NCBI GenBank assembly: GCA_035266085.1
Contig: DATFNZ010000183.1
Span: 68,707-132,706, forward strand
Length of the DNA stretch: 64,000 nucleotides
Direction of reading: 5' to 3'
Source of the DNA: Thermoanaerobaculia bacterium
GTDB lineage: Bacteria > Acidobacteriota > Thermoanaerobaculia > Multivoradales > UBA5704
The notes under the pieces are model-generated. The model made no database searches and was not told where the DNA came from. It saw only the letters and a list, made by a program, of their open reading frames with translations. Every line of letters starts with the position of its first letter. The stretch's first letter is position 1. Positions 9,268 to 18,600 of the stretch are shown here, piece by piece. The position numbers were made by a program, and so were the translations under genes.

Positions 9268-11199
9268 TCAGCGCCGCTTTTTCTTCCCCCGCGCTGACGC
9301 CCGGCGCGTCTTCGTCTTGAGCCGCGACGCCGTGGTGCGCTCCCGCAGCCAGTCGAGGGCACCCGGGGTGCTCTTCCAGGTGCCGAAGGAGAGGCCGACA
9401 AAGATCCCGGCCTCCTCTTCGCTGCCGGGGGAGTAGTACCCGGAAGGCAGCGCGGCCGTGCGAGAGCCCAGCAGCAGGCCGGGAACGAAGCGGTTGGCCT
9501 GCAAGGCCTTCTTGAGATGACGGCGGGATTCGAGGGAATCCCCCTCCCGGCGGAACGCCAGCAGGGCGCGCGGGAAGGCCATCGCGGCCGAATCGTCTTC
9601 CGCGAAGCGGTCCAGCAGCGCCTCGGCCTCGGCGTCCCGGTCCATGGCGATCAGGAGGTTCACGAGGGGGTCGCGCACTCCCTGGTGGTCGTCGGGGTTC
9701 AGGCGCAGCATCTCCCGGAAGCGCTCGGCCGCTTCCTCGAAGCGGTTCAGGTCCACGAGGGAGTGCGCGAGCCCCTCGAGGGCCCGCATGTAGGGCCGGG
9801 TCTCGACGAGACCCCAGAAGCTCCCGGCCTCCTCGAACGTCTCGGGGCCCATCGCCCGCTCGGCGGCGGCCATTCCTTGCAGGAAGAGCCGGCAGGCGGA
9901 CTCCAGGTCCGGAGCCTTGCTGGCGAGCAGGTTGTAGGCGTCGGCGCAGTCGGGCCAGACCTCCAGGGCCTGGCGGGCCAGCAGCACCGCCCGCCGGCCA
10001 CGGGCCGCGTAGGCCCGGTCGAGCAGCTCCTCGGCCCTTTCCTCGGGAGTTTCCGGCGCGGGCCAGGAGTCCTCTCCCTGCCGGGCCAGGGCGGCGAGAG
10101 CCTCTTTCGCCTCCTCCAGGGACCCGAGCTGCCGGCCAGCCAGCAACTTGTGGATTCTCCGCATCGACCGTTCGGTGAGCCGCCAGACCAGGGACGGATC
10201 CATCGCCTCTTCCAGCGCTCTCTCCTCCGGCACCAGCAGCCCGGGCAGGCTGAGGACGAAGCGGACCGGGCCCTCGACCGTCGCGACCCGTTTCGTCCAG
10301 CGTCCGGAATCGAGATCCTCCTCCGTGGTCGCCGCCAGGGCGGCCAGCAGGCCCTCGAAAAAAGCCAGCCGGCGCCGGTCCGGCCGCTCGATACCCTCGC
10401 GGCCCAGGAAGCAGGCAACGGGACACCGGCCTTCTCCGGTCCAGGGAAAACCGTGCCGCTCCCAGATCTCCATGTCGGCTGGAGGAGCCTTCCAGCACGG
10501 CTCGAACTGGACCGTCCAGAGCCCTCCCACCACGGAGAGCGACCGCTCGACCTCGTCCTCCAGAGCCCCGGTGTCCACGCTGTCCGAAAAGAACACCAGG
10601 CTGGACAACGATCCTCCGCCGAGGCGGCTCATGCCCAGGACGCGGAGCCCCTCCTCCATCTCCGGAGCTTCCACCCGGATGAGGTCGTCTCCCGTCAGGA
10701 GGCGCCAGCAGAGGGAGTCGTAGAGTTCGGCGGCGGCCTGGGCGTAAGCGCGCAGGCGCTCCACCGTCACGCCGGCCCCCGTGAGCGCGCCCGGCCGCAG
10801 GTCCTGGGGCATGCCGCTGACGAAAAGGGCCAGGAGCTCGCGCAGTTGCGGCAGCTCGGCCAGCGTCTCGACCCGGATGCCCTGAGGGGCGAGGATGCCC
10901 TCCAGGACTCCGGCCAGCGCCGGGTCCGCCACTTGGACCCGGGCGGGCCGGGTGCGCCACTTCCGGCCCGCGAGGGAGAGCAGCTCCTCCAGATCGGACG
11001 GGACCTCACTCTCCCGAACGACCTGGGAGCTGAGGGCGGTATCCGAGTCCACGCTCAGGCAGACCGCCATCCAGGCACGGACGGGCTTTCCCCCGCCCTC
11101 CGCGGGAAGCCACAGGGGCATCGGGACGGCGGCAACCTGCCAGGTCTCAAAGGGTGGGCTCGAAAGGACGGGAAAGATCTGCCGGCCGGGCTCCGCCAC
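9268..11199 (-). CDS. Hypothetical protein with C-terminal TPR-like domain (643 aa)
   Basis: ORF 9268..11199 with a GTG start in the track. Downstream Met codons make the start uncertain. GC3-rich coding frame. The C-terminal third is helical/TPR-like (AYNLLA..., EEAAERFREMLRLNPDD). Family not recognised. Confidence 0.65.
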   Translation of the reverse strand: MAEPGRQIFPVLSSPPFETWQVAAVPMPLWLPAEGGGKPVRAWMAVCLSVDSDTALSSQVVRESEVPSDLEELLSLAGRKWRTRPARVQVADPALAGVLEGILAPQGIRVETLAELPQLRELLALFVSGMPQDLRPGALTGAGVTVERLRAYAQAAAELYDSLCWRLLTGDDLIRVEAPEMEEGLRVLGMSRLGGGSLSSLVFFSDSVDTGALEDEVERSLSVVGGLWTVQFEPCWKAPPADMEIWERHGFPWTGEGRCPVACFLGREGIERPDRRRLAFFEGLLAALAATTEEDLDSGRWTKRVATVEGPVRFVLSLPGLLVPEERALEEAMDPSLVWRLTERSMRRIHKLLAGRQLGSLEEAKEALAALARQGEDSWPAPETPEERAEELLDRAYAARGRRAVLLARQALEVWPDCADAYNLLASKAPDLESACRLFLQGMAAAERAMGPETFEEAGSFWGLVETRPYMRALEGLAHSLVDLNRFEEAAERFREMLRLNPDDHQGVRDPLVNLLIAMDRDAEAEALLDRFAEDDSAAMAFPRALLAFRREGDSLESRRHLKKALQANRFVPGLLLGSRTAALPSGYYSPGSEEEAGIFVGLSFGTWKSTPGALDWLRERTTASRLKTKTRRASARGKKKRR

Positions 11200-11337
11200 T
11201 CCGTATCTCCTCTCCGCGGGTCCATGCCCCGCTCCAAGCCCGGTATATTACGGAAAAAGAGAACGGGTTGCGAGAGGCAGATACGGAGAGACGGAACGGA
11301 GCGGCATCCGCGCCCGGGAGACTAACTAGATGACGGT

Positions 11338-11477
11338 CTGCCGCCACTGGCGACGAGCTGCCGCCACTGGCGACGAGCTGCCGCTACTGGCGACGAGCTG
11401 CCGCTACTGGCGACGGGCTGCCGCTACTGGCGACGGGCTGCCGCTACTAGCGACGAGCTGCCGCTACTGGCGACGGC
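11338..11477. repeat. Tandem array, 7 x 20 bp (CTGCCGCYACTGGCGACGRG)
   Basis: Seven head-to-tail 20-bp units read directly from the sequence. Units 1-2 contain the palindrome CGCCA-C-TGGCG. Degenerate GTCGCC/GGCGAC-rich sequence continues to about 11640. Confidence 0.9.
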
Positions 11478-11645
11478 CCGTCGCCAAGAGCGGCGGAACG
11501 TCGTCTCTGTACGATGCGCCGTCGCCTCTGGCGACAGGTCGTCGCCACCGGATACAGAACATCGCCGCTAGCAGCAGAACGTCGTGGCGCGACGACGGAG
11601 CATCGTCCGCGGACGACGGCTCATTGCCAAAACGTGGGCACGGTC

Positions 11646-11801
11646 TCAGGCCACTCCGACATCCGTTCGGGAGAAGTCGTCGCCGACGAAGAGCAGGAGA
11701 TGATCGGCGAGCCGGGCGGCAGCGTAGCTCAGGCAGTCCCCAAAGTGAGAGCGGCTCTCCCGGTCCATAGCCGAGAATCTCATCCTCTTCTTCGTGGCTG
11801 A
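11646..11801 (-). pseudogene. C-terminal fragment of a PIN-domain (VapC-like) toxin
   Basis: The minus-strand frame ending at the TGA (11646-11648) reads ...KKRMRFSAMDRESRSHFGDCLSYAAARLADHLLLFVGDDFSRTDVGVA. The GDC..YA...L..GDDF..TD signature is the usual VapC C-terminus. No intact N-terminal PIN half and no listed ORF of 60 aa or more. Confidence 0.4.
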
Positions 11802-12358
11802 GGCGGCGGCCGAGTTGGCCGGGCGGAGCTTTCGGCCAAACCTCCTCGGCGAGGGCTCGGGAGCTTTTCGCCCGCCCTGCCGTTCGCGACTGGGTAGGCG
11901 GTCCGGACGTGGCGGCTGTCCTTAGACGTTATTCTCCTCGCGGACCACGGCGACGCTCGGGAGAGGTGTGTCCAGTCGCCCGATTTCAGGTGCAAATTGG
12001 GCAAAGTTGGGCAGAGAAGGCCAGTGGAGGGAGGCCGATCCGCAGGATTTCCGGACGAATCGGGGGCAGATACGATTAAGAAAAAAGCAGGCAGCGGATT
12101 TTTAATCAGCCGATGCCAATTCACCAATTTAACTGGACGATTCAATCTCCCCGTACTCGTAGCCTTTACTTGCACCAGACAAGAGAAGGATGCAGGCTCT
12201 CTATCTCGAGAGGCTGGAGACTTGTCGTCACATCTTGATGGAAATTCGAGGAGATAGTCCCATCCGCTACGGTCGTTGGTTGCCCTCTGTGCAGTTATCG
12301 ATCTCGCTGCCGCCCAACCAGTGAGCGTGCTTTCTCCGAGTTGTCCGAGATCTCTCAT
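11780..12358 (-). pseudogene. Truncated DUF4365-like (restriction-endonuclease-fold) gene remnant
   Basis: The first ~100 codons of ORF 11780..12358 (LGESTLTGWAAARSI...DRSGWDYLLEF...CLVQVKATS...PAFFLIV) resemble DUF4365. The remainder is low-complexity read-through into GC-rich non-coding DNA. Lies in a visibly AT-richer stretch (about 12000-12600). Confidence 0.35.
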
Positions 12359-12608
12359 CGCTGAGCCGCTCCTAACAAGAACCTTTCAACTCTAAGGGAG
12401 ATCTGATGCCGAGTTGTGCCTCCCTTTCACCTAGTATAGCAGGTCTGCATCCATCCCTCACTATACTTGTTCGATGCACTCGCGATAACGTTGACGATCA
12501 GGTAGAGGCGAGCCTGCGATCGAAGCTGTAAGAAAAAGGGAAAAATCTGGTCTTACGGTTAAAGTGCGCATTACAGTCGGTAACTGAGCTCAAGGAGTGT
12601 ACTGGCAC

Positions 12609-14243
12609 CTACCGCACCCGCCACACCCCGCTCCCCCCGGCCGGCAGCCGCACCGTCCACCCCTCCGCACCCTTCACCGGCGCCGCCCCGGAACCGAAAA
12701 TCGGCTCCAAAGATCCCGCCTTCATGTCGTACGGCCCCGCCGCCACCTCACCCGCCGTCACGTTGTGAACCACCAGCACCCTCTCCTGAGGCGTCTCGCG
12801 GAGGAACGCCAGCACGGGCGTGCTCCGGTTTCCTGGGGAGAGCAAAGTGATCGTCCCCCTCTTGAGGGCCGGCGAGGCTTTCCGCAGGCGGATCAGGCTG
12901 CGGTAGTGGGAGAGGAGCGAGCCGGGATCGCTCGTCTCCGCGGCCACGTTCGCTGTCTCCTGACCCGGCGCGAAGCCGAACCAGGGCTTGCCGGTGGTGA
13001 AGCCGCCGCCGGGCGAGGCGTCCCAGGGCATCGGGGTGCGCTTGAACTCGTCGCTGTCGCCGGATCCGTTCTGGAGACCGACCTCCTCGCCGTAGTAGAG
13101 GAACGGCGCTCCGGGCAGGGTGAGGAGGATGGCGGCGGCGCTCTTCATCTTCGCCGGGTCGTTGCCGAGTTGGGTGGCGAGCCGCGCATGGTCGTGATTG
13201 GTGAGGAACGGCGCGTCGATGACCCCTTGCGGATAGAGCTCGGCCATCTCCTCCAGCTTGGTGCCGATGCCGGCGGCCTCCGCCGAGCTCAAGGCGCCGA
13301 GGATCTCCTCCGCCAGGGGGAAGTTGAAGCTCATCGGCAGCTCGTCGCCGCCCTTGACCACCGAGGTGGAGCCGAAGTACCGGGCGATGTTCTCCGTGGT
13401 CGTCCAGTTCTCGCCCACCAGCACGGCCTGGGGATGCCCCTGGCGAACGCTGGCCGCGAATTCCTTGAGGAACTCGTGCGTCTCGGGCTGGTCGTTCTGG
13501 AGGTCGCCCGGGCCGTTGGCGAAGAGGTGCCGGGTGGCGTCAAGCCGGAAGCCGTCGACGCCGCGGCCGATCCAGTGGTTCGCCAGGCGCTCCATCTCCT
13601 GCCGGACGGCCGGCGTGCTGAAGTTGAGGTCCGGCATGCCGGACCAGAACACGCCGTAGTAGAACGCGCCGTTCTTCTCGTGCCAGGAGGGCCCGGATCC
13701 GAAGGGCTGCGTCCACCCCGGATTTTCCGTCCGCCACACGTACCAGTCGCGGTGGGCGGACGAGGGCGAGGAGGCGGAGTCGACGAACCATGGGTGCTGG
13801 GCGCTGCTGTGGTTCATCACGAGGTCGACGATGACGCGGATCCCCCGCCGGTGCGCCTGCCCCAGAAACTGATTGAAGTCTTCCGAGGTCCCATAATCGG
13901 GCTCGATCTTCTCGTAATCGACCGTGTCGTAGCCGTGGTAGCTCGGCGAATCGAACACCGGCATCAGCCAGAGGGCATCCACCCCCAGATCCTTCAGGTA
14001 GTCGAGCTTCGCCGTGAGCCCGGGGAAATCGCCGATGCCGTTGCCGTCCGAATCGGAGAAGCTGCGCACGAAGACTTCGTAGAAGACGGCTCCCCGAGCC
14101 CATTCGTGGTCCCACTGGGAAACCGGGGCCGATTCGGCGGTGGCGGCTGCCGGAGCTGGCGGCGGCGGAGCCGCGGGAGGCGCACCGGCGCAGGCGAGCA
14201 CCAGGGCCGCGAGGGGGACGAGGGAGAACGCCTTGGTTCGCAT
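12609..14243 (-). CDS. GH13 alpha-amylase family lipoprotein
   Basis: ORF 12609..14243. Lipobox LVLACAG. GH13 conserved regions [22 protein letters not shown] and FLTNHDHAR. Confidence 0.9.
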   Translation of the reverse strand: MRTKAFSLVPLAALVLACAGAPPAAPPPPAPAAATAESAPVSQWDHEWARGAVFYEVFVRSFSDSDGNGIGDFPGLTAKLDYLKDLGVDALWLMPVFDSPSYHGYDTVDYEKIEPDYGTSEDFNQFLGQAHRRGIRVIVDLVMNHSSAQHPWFVDSASSPSSAHRDWYVWRTENPGWTQPFGSGPSWHEKNGAFYYGVFWSGMPDLNFSTPAVRQEMERLANHWIGRGVDGFRLDATRHLFANGPGDLQNDQPETHEFLKEFAASVRQGHPQAVLVGENWTTTENIARYFGSTSVVKGGDELPMSFNFPLAEEILGALSSAEAAGIGTKLEEMAELYPQGVIDAPFLTNHDHARLATQLGNDPAKMKSAAAILLTLPGAPFLYYGEEVGLQNGSGDSDEFKRTPMPWDASPGGGFTTGKPWFGFAPGQETANVAAETSDPGSLLSHYRSLIRLRKASPALKRGTITLLSPGNRSTPVLAFLRETPQERVLVVHNVTAGEVAAGPYDMKAGSLEPIFGSGAAPVKGAEGWTVRLPAGGSGVWRVR

Positions 14244-14260
14244 GGAAGTATTCTAGGAGT

Positions 14261-15097
14261 ATGGAAGAGAGAAAAGTCGCCATCGTCACCGGCGCCTCCC
14301 GCGGCCTGGGAGCCGTCTTCGCGCGGGTGCTCGCCGAGGAGGGGTATGCCGTGGCCCTGGGAGCCCGCGACCGCGAGGGGATCGAGCGGCTGGCGGCGGG
14401 GTTGCCCGCGGCCTTCGCCCATCCTCTCGACGTCGGAGATCCGGGGAGCGTCGCCGCCTTCCGCGACGCCGTCCTCTCCCGCTTCGGACGCGTCGACGCC
14501 CTGGTCAACAACGCCGGCATCGGCATCTTCAAGCGGCTGGAGGATTTCTCTGCCGAGGAGATGGAGCGCACGTTCCGGGTCAACGTCCAGGGCGTGTGGG
14601 CCGTCACCACGGCCTTCCTACCCCAGCTCAAGGCGTCCTCTGGACAGGTCTTCATGGTGTCCTCGGACGTATCCACCCGCACCTTCCCCACCGGCGGCCC
14701 CTACACCGCCTCCAAGTTCGCCCTGCGGGCCCTCGCCCGCACTCTCCAGCAGGAAAATCCCGAGCTGCGGGTCCTGGAGCTGCGCCCCGGCGCCACCGAC
14801 ACCTCCTTCGCCGGCTCGACGCCCGGCGCCCCGGGCAAGGAGTGGTTCCTCCGGCCGGACACGGTCGCCGAGACGGTGCGTTTCGCTCTACGCCTGCCGC
14901 CCGAGGCCCGCGTCGAGGAGATCGTGATCCGCAGCAGCTCGCAGACGCCGGAGTCTCTCTCGGAGAGTATGCCGCCGCCCTGCCACGATCGTCGAGAAGA
15001 TAGGATGGACCTGACCGGACCAGGCCTGGGATCTGGGAGCGGCGTGCCCTCCGAAGAGACGGCCCGACGTCCCCGTGGCCTGCGGAAGGTGTCGTAA
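14261..15097 (+). CDS. Short-chain dehydrogenase/reductase (SDR) with atypical C-terminal tail
   Basis: ATG with AGGAG upstream. TGASRGLG, NNAG and YTASK motifs. The last ~47 codons (from about 14953) are encoded by an inverted-repeat element, not by SDR-like sequence. Confidence 0.85.
   Translation: MEERKVAIVTGASRGLGAVFARVLAEEGYAVALGARDREGIERLAAGLPAAFAHPLDVGDPGSVAAFRDAVLSRFGRVDALVNNAGIGIFKRLEDFSAEEMERTFRVNVQGVWAVTTAFLPQLKASSGQVFMVSSDVSTRTFPTGGPYTASKFALRALARTLQQENPELRVLELRPGATDTSFAGSTPGAPGKEWFLRPDTVAETVRFALRLPPEARVEEIVIRSSSQTPESLSESMPPPCHDRREDRMDLTGPGLGSGSGVPSEETARRPRGLRKVS
14953..15065. repeat. Inverted-repeat element (short member of the GTCTCTCGGAGAGTATGCCGC family)
   Basis: Arms GTCTCTCTCGGAGAGTATGCCGCC and GCGGCGTGCCCTCCGAAGAGAC flank a ~65-nt core. 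The same arm sequences occur at 20631-20652 and 20731-20754. Confidence 0.7.
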
Positions 15098-15184
15098 CGG
15101 GGATGGGCCGTCTCTACCGCTACGGCGTCTCGAGACGGGAAATCTCACGGTGAACCAACGTTCTGCCGCGCAGGCTCACTTGGG

Positions 15185-15575
15185 CATTCCCCGCGGGGAA
15201 TGCCGTGCAAAAGGCGCCCAACGTCCCATTCCCCATGGGGAACGCGACGCGACGGACGGGGAACACGGCATGAAGAACGGGGAATGCCTCGGCAAGGGCA
15301 TCCAACGCCTCATTCCCCATGGGGAATGCGGCGCGAGAAGCAGCCGACGCCGCGTTCCCCGCGGGGAATGCCGTGCAAAAGGCGCCCAACGCCCCATTCC
15401 CCATGGGGAACGCGACGCAACGGGCGGGGAACACGACATGAAGAACGGGGAATGCCTCGGCAAGGGTATCCAACGCCTCATTCCCCATGGGGAATGCGGC
15501 GCGAGAGGCAGCCGGCGCCGCGTTCCCCGCGGGGAATATCGTGCAAAAGGGCCCCAATACCCCATTCCCGGCCCT
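15185..15575. repeat. 168-bp tandem repeat (~2.3 copies) built on a 42-bp lattice of 14-bp perfect palindromes
   Basis: TTCCCCGCGGGGAA at 15187, 15355 and 15523. TTCCCCATGGGGAA at 15229, 15313, 15397 and 15481. Half-sites CGGGGAA at the lattice points 15271 and 15439. Confidence 0.9.
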
Positions 15576-15676
15576 CTTCACTCCGCCTCACTTCCGGTCC
15601 GCCAGGAGAAGAGGGAGAGCTGAACCCGGAGGCGTCAGACTCGTCTGGCAGGACCCTTGCTATCTCCCGGGTCGTC

Positions 15677-18600
15677 ATGGAAACGACGGCGGGACACCCG
15701 CGGGCAGACCGGCGAGCGCTCTGGCGGCAACGGTGGGAGGAGTCCCGGCGCCCGCTGGCCATCCTGCTCGCCCTCTTCTACGGCGTCGCGCTCTTCTTCG
15801 GCTTCTCGTGGTCCCGCTGCTTCTTCGACCGCTGCCCGAACGTGGAGAGCCTGGCCGTCTATCAGCCCGGCGGCGCCCCGATTCTGCTCGACCGGCATGG
15901 CGAGGCCTTCGCCGACCTCGCCCCCGCCGAGCGCGAGGTCGTGCCGCTCGCCTCCTTGCCCTCGCATGTCGCCCAGGCCTTCCTCGCCGTCGAGGACAAA
16001 CGCTTCTACGAGCACGGCGGAATCGACTGGCCCCGGGTCGGCGGGGCGATTCTAGCCAACATGCGGGCCGGCGAGTACGCCCAGGGGTTCAGCACCATCA
16101 CCATGCAGCTCGCCCGCAACGTCTTCCCGGACAGCATCCCCGGCCAGGAGCAGACGACGCGGCGCAAGCTGCTGGAGATCCGGGTCGCCCAGGACATCGA
16201 GCGCCAATACTCCAAGCAGGAGATCCTCGAGCTCTACCTGAACCACATCTACTTCGGCAATCGGGCCCGGGGCATCGAAGCGGCGTCGCGCCAGTACTTC
16301 GGCCACTCCGCCCGCGAGCTGGGCTTGGCGGAGGCCGCCCTGCTCGCGGCCCTGCCCAAGGCGCCCAGCCACTACGACCCGCGGCGCCACCCGCAGGCCG
16401 CCCTGGAGCGCCGCAACCTGGTGATCTCCCTGATGCAGGAGCAGCGGCTCCTGCCGCGCTTCATGGCTCTGGACGCCCGCCGGTCCGCCCTGGACCTCGC
16501 CCCCGCGCCACGGCAGGAGCGGGTGGAGTCCGGGCTCGCTCCCTACTTCGTCGAGCAGGTGCGGCGCGAGCTCGAAGAGCGGTTCGGCTCCGAGCTCTAC
16601 AGCCAGCCGGTGCGGATCGTGACGACGCTCGACTCCGCCGCCCAGCGCGCCGCCGAGGAAGAGCTGCGAAACCAGCTCAAGCGGGTGGAAAGCGGCGACC
16701 TGGGGGATTTCCAGGGGCGCCGGTACACCCTCGCCTCCGAGCCGCCGGCGGATGGCACGCCGTATCTCCAGGGAGCGGCCGTGATGCTCGACGCGCGCGA
16801 CGGCGACGTGCTCGCGTGGGTGGGCGGCCGCGACTACTCGCACTCGCAGTTCGACCGGGTCGTCCAGGCCCGCCGGCAGCCGGGGAGCGCCTTCAAACCG
16901 TTCGTCTACGCGGCGGCCCTGGCCCAGGGCTGGGCGCTCAGCCAGCCGCTCGTCGATCAGCCCCTGCGCGTGAAGATGCCGAACGGCAGGTTCTGGACGC
17001 CGAAGAACTTCTCCGGCCGTTACGAGGGGCGGGTGACGGTGCGCGACGCCCTGGTCCGCTCGAAGAACGTGGCGACCGTGCGCCTGGCCGACGCCGTGGG
17101 ATACGGGGAGGTCTCGAAGCTGGCCCGCCAGGCGGGGCTCGACGAGCCGGTCGCGCCCATGCCCTCGATCGCTCTCGGCGCCGTGGCCGTGTCGCCGCTG
17201 GAGCTGACCGCCGCCTATTCCGCCTTCGCCAACCTGGGCGATGCCGTCGAGCCCCGGCTGATCCTGCGGGTGGAGGACGAGGAGGGCAAGGTGCTCTGGA
17301 CGTCGACGCCGCGGCGGCACAGCGTCCTCGATCCCGCCGTGGCCTATCTGGTGACCGACGTCCTCCGCGAGGCGCTCGTGCGCGGCACGGGCAACCTGGT
17401 CCAGAAGACCGGCCTTAAAGCCCCGTCGGCCGGCAAGACCGGCACCACCAACGACGGTGCCGACGCCTGGTTCGTCGGTTATACACCGGAGATCGTGGCG
17501 GGTATCTGGATGGGTTTCGACCGCCCCCGGCCGATCCTGGAGAGCGCGACCGGCGGACAGCTCGCGGCTCCCGTATGGGGCAGGACGCTCGCCCGCGTCT
17601 ACCAGAAGCGTCCCAATCCGCGGCCCTGGACGGCCCCGAAGGAAGTGGTCAAGCGCCCCATCGACCCCGGGACCGGGTTGATCGTGGAGCCGGCCTGCGC
17701 TTCCGACAGCAGTACGCGCGAGCTGTTCATCGACGGCATGGAGCCGGTGGCGTTCTGCCCCGGCCGGGAAAACCCGCCCCGCAACGGGTTCCCTGCTCAG
17801 CAACTGATGGCCGAGCGCGCAGAGGAAGCCCGGGCCGAGCGGGCCGACCAGTTGGCCCAGGCCCGAGAGGACGAAGAGCAGAAGCTCCGCGAGCGGCAGC
17901 AGGCCGAGCGGATCGCCCGGGAACGGGAAAAGCAGGAAGACCAGGCCCGTCTTGCCGAGCAGCGTGAACGGCGGCAGGAGGAGGAAAAGCTCGCCCGCAT
18001 CGCCAAGGAAGAGAAGCGGCAGGAGACCGAGAAGGAGCGCGCCTCGCGCGAGGAGAAGGACGAGAAGCAGGCCCGCCTCGCCGAGCAGCGCCAGCGGGAG
18101 CAGCAGGAAAAACTTGCCCGTATCGCGGCGGAGGAAAAGAAGAAAAAGGCCGACGAGGAGAAGCTCGCCGAGCTTCGCGAGCGCCGCGAGCGGCTGGCCC
18201 GCGCCGAAGAGGCCGCCGACCGCCGGGAGAGAGAGATCGCCGCTAGGGAAAGGGCAGCCAGGAGGGACACGGAGGACAAGAGAGGCGATCGGGAGAGTGA
18301 CCGGAGTGACCGGGAAAGAGATCGGGAGGAGTCGCGGATCGCCCGCGTGCTAGATGAAGAGCGGCGCGCCCGGGAAGAAGAGGATGCCCCCCCGAGGCGC
18401 CGGGATGAGCCGAAGGAGGAGATTGCCGAGCCCGAGGAGGAGCACGAGGAGGAGGAGACCGCCCCCGCCGCGGAAGACCTCTCCGGCTGGTGGGAGATGA
18501 CGAACACGATCCAGTCCACCAACTACGCGGACTACAAAGGCCTCCGCCTGGGCTACCGGGTCCAGCTCGAGCAGGACGGGGACCGCCTTGTCGGCCGCGG

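Noticed and set aside
7415-10960. 1181-aa track ORF fusing the second haloperoxidase to upstream sequence
   Set aside because: The N-terminal ~600 aa are Arg/Gly/Pro-rich shadow sequence, antisense or out of frame to the real gene 9268..11199. The paralog alignment and the AAGGAG-GTG context place the true start at 9133.
11330-11770. Track ORF 11330..11770 (+), 146 aa, with repeated CRYWRRAAATGDGLPLLATS
   Set aside because: It is a translation artefact of the 20-bp tandem array (20 is not a multiple of 3, so the 'protein repeat' is a 60-bp frame cycle). There is no RBS and the Arg/Ala-rich composition is typical of non-coding GC-rich DNA.
15185-15575. Possible CRISPR array (short palindromic repeats at regular 42-bp spacing)
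   Set aside because: The inter-palindrome 'spacers' are themselves repeated every 168 bp. The repeats are only 14 bp and of two types. No cas genes are in the window. This is a tandem higher-order repeat, not repeat/unique-spacer architecture.
15075-15623. Track ORF 15075..15623 (+) and antisense ORFs 15120..15581 and 15176..15565, encoding 56-aa repeats
   Set aside because: All frames on both strands are open across the palindrome lattice. The palindromic symmetry explains the open frames. There is no start context and no family resemblance.
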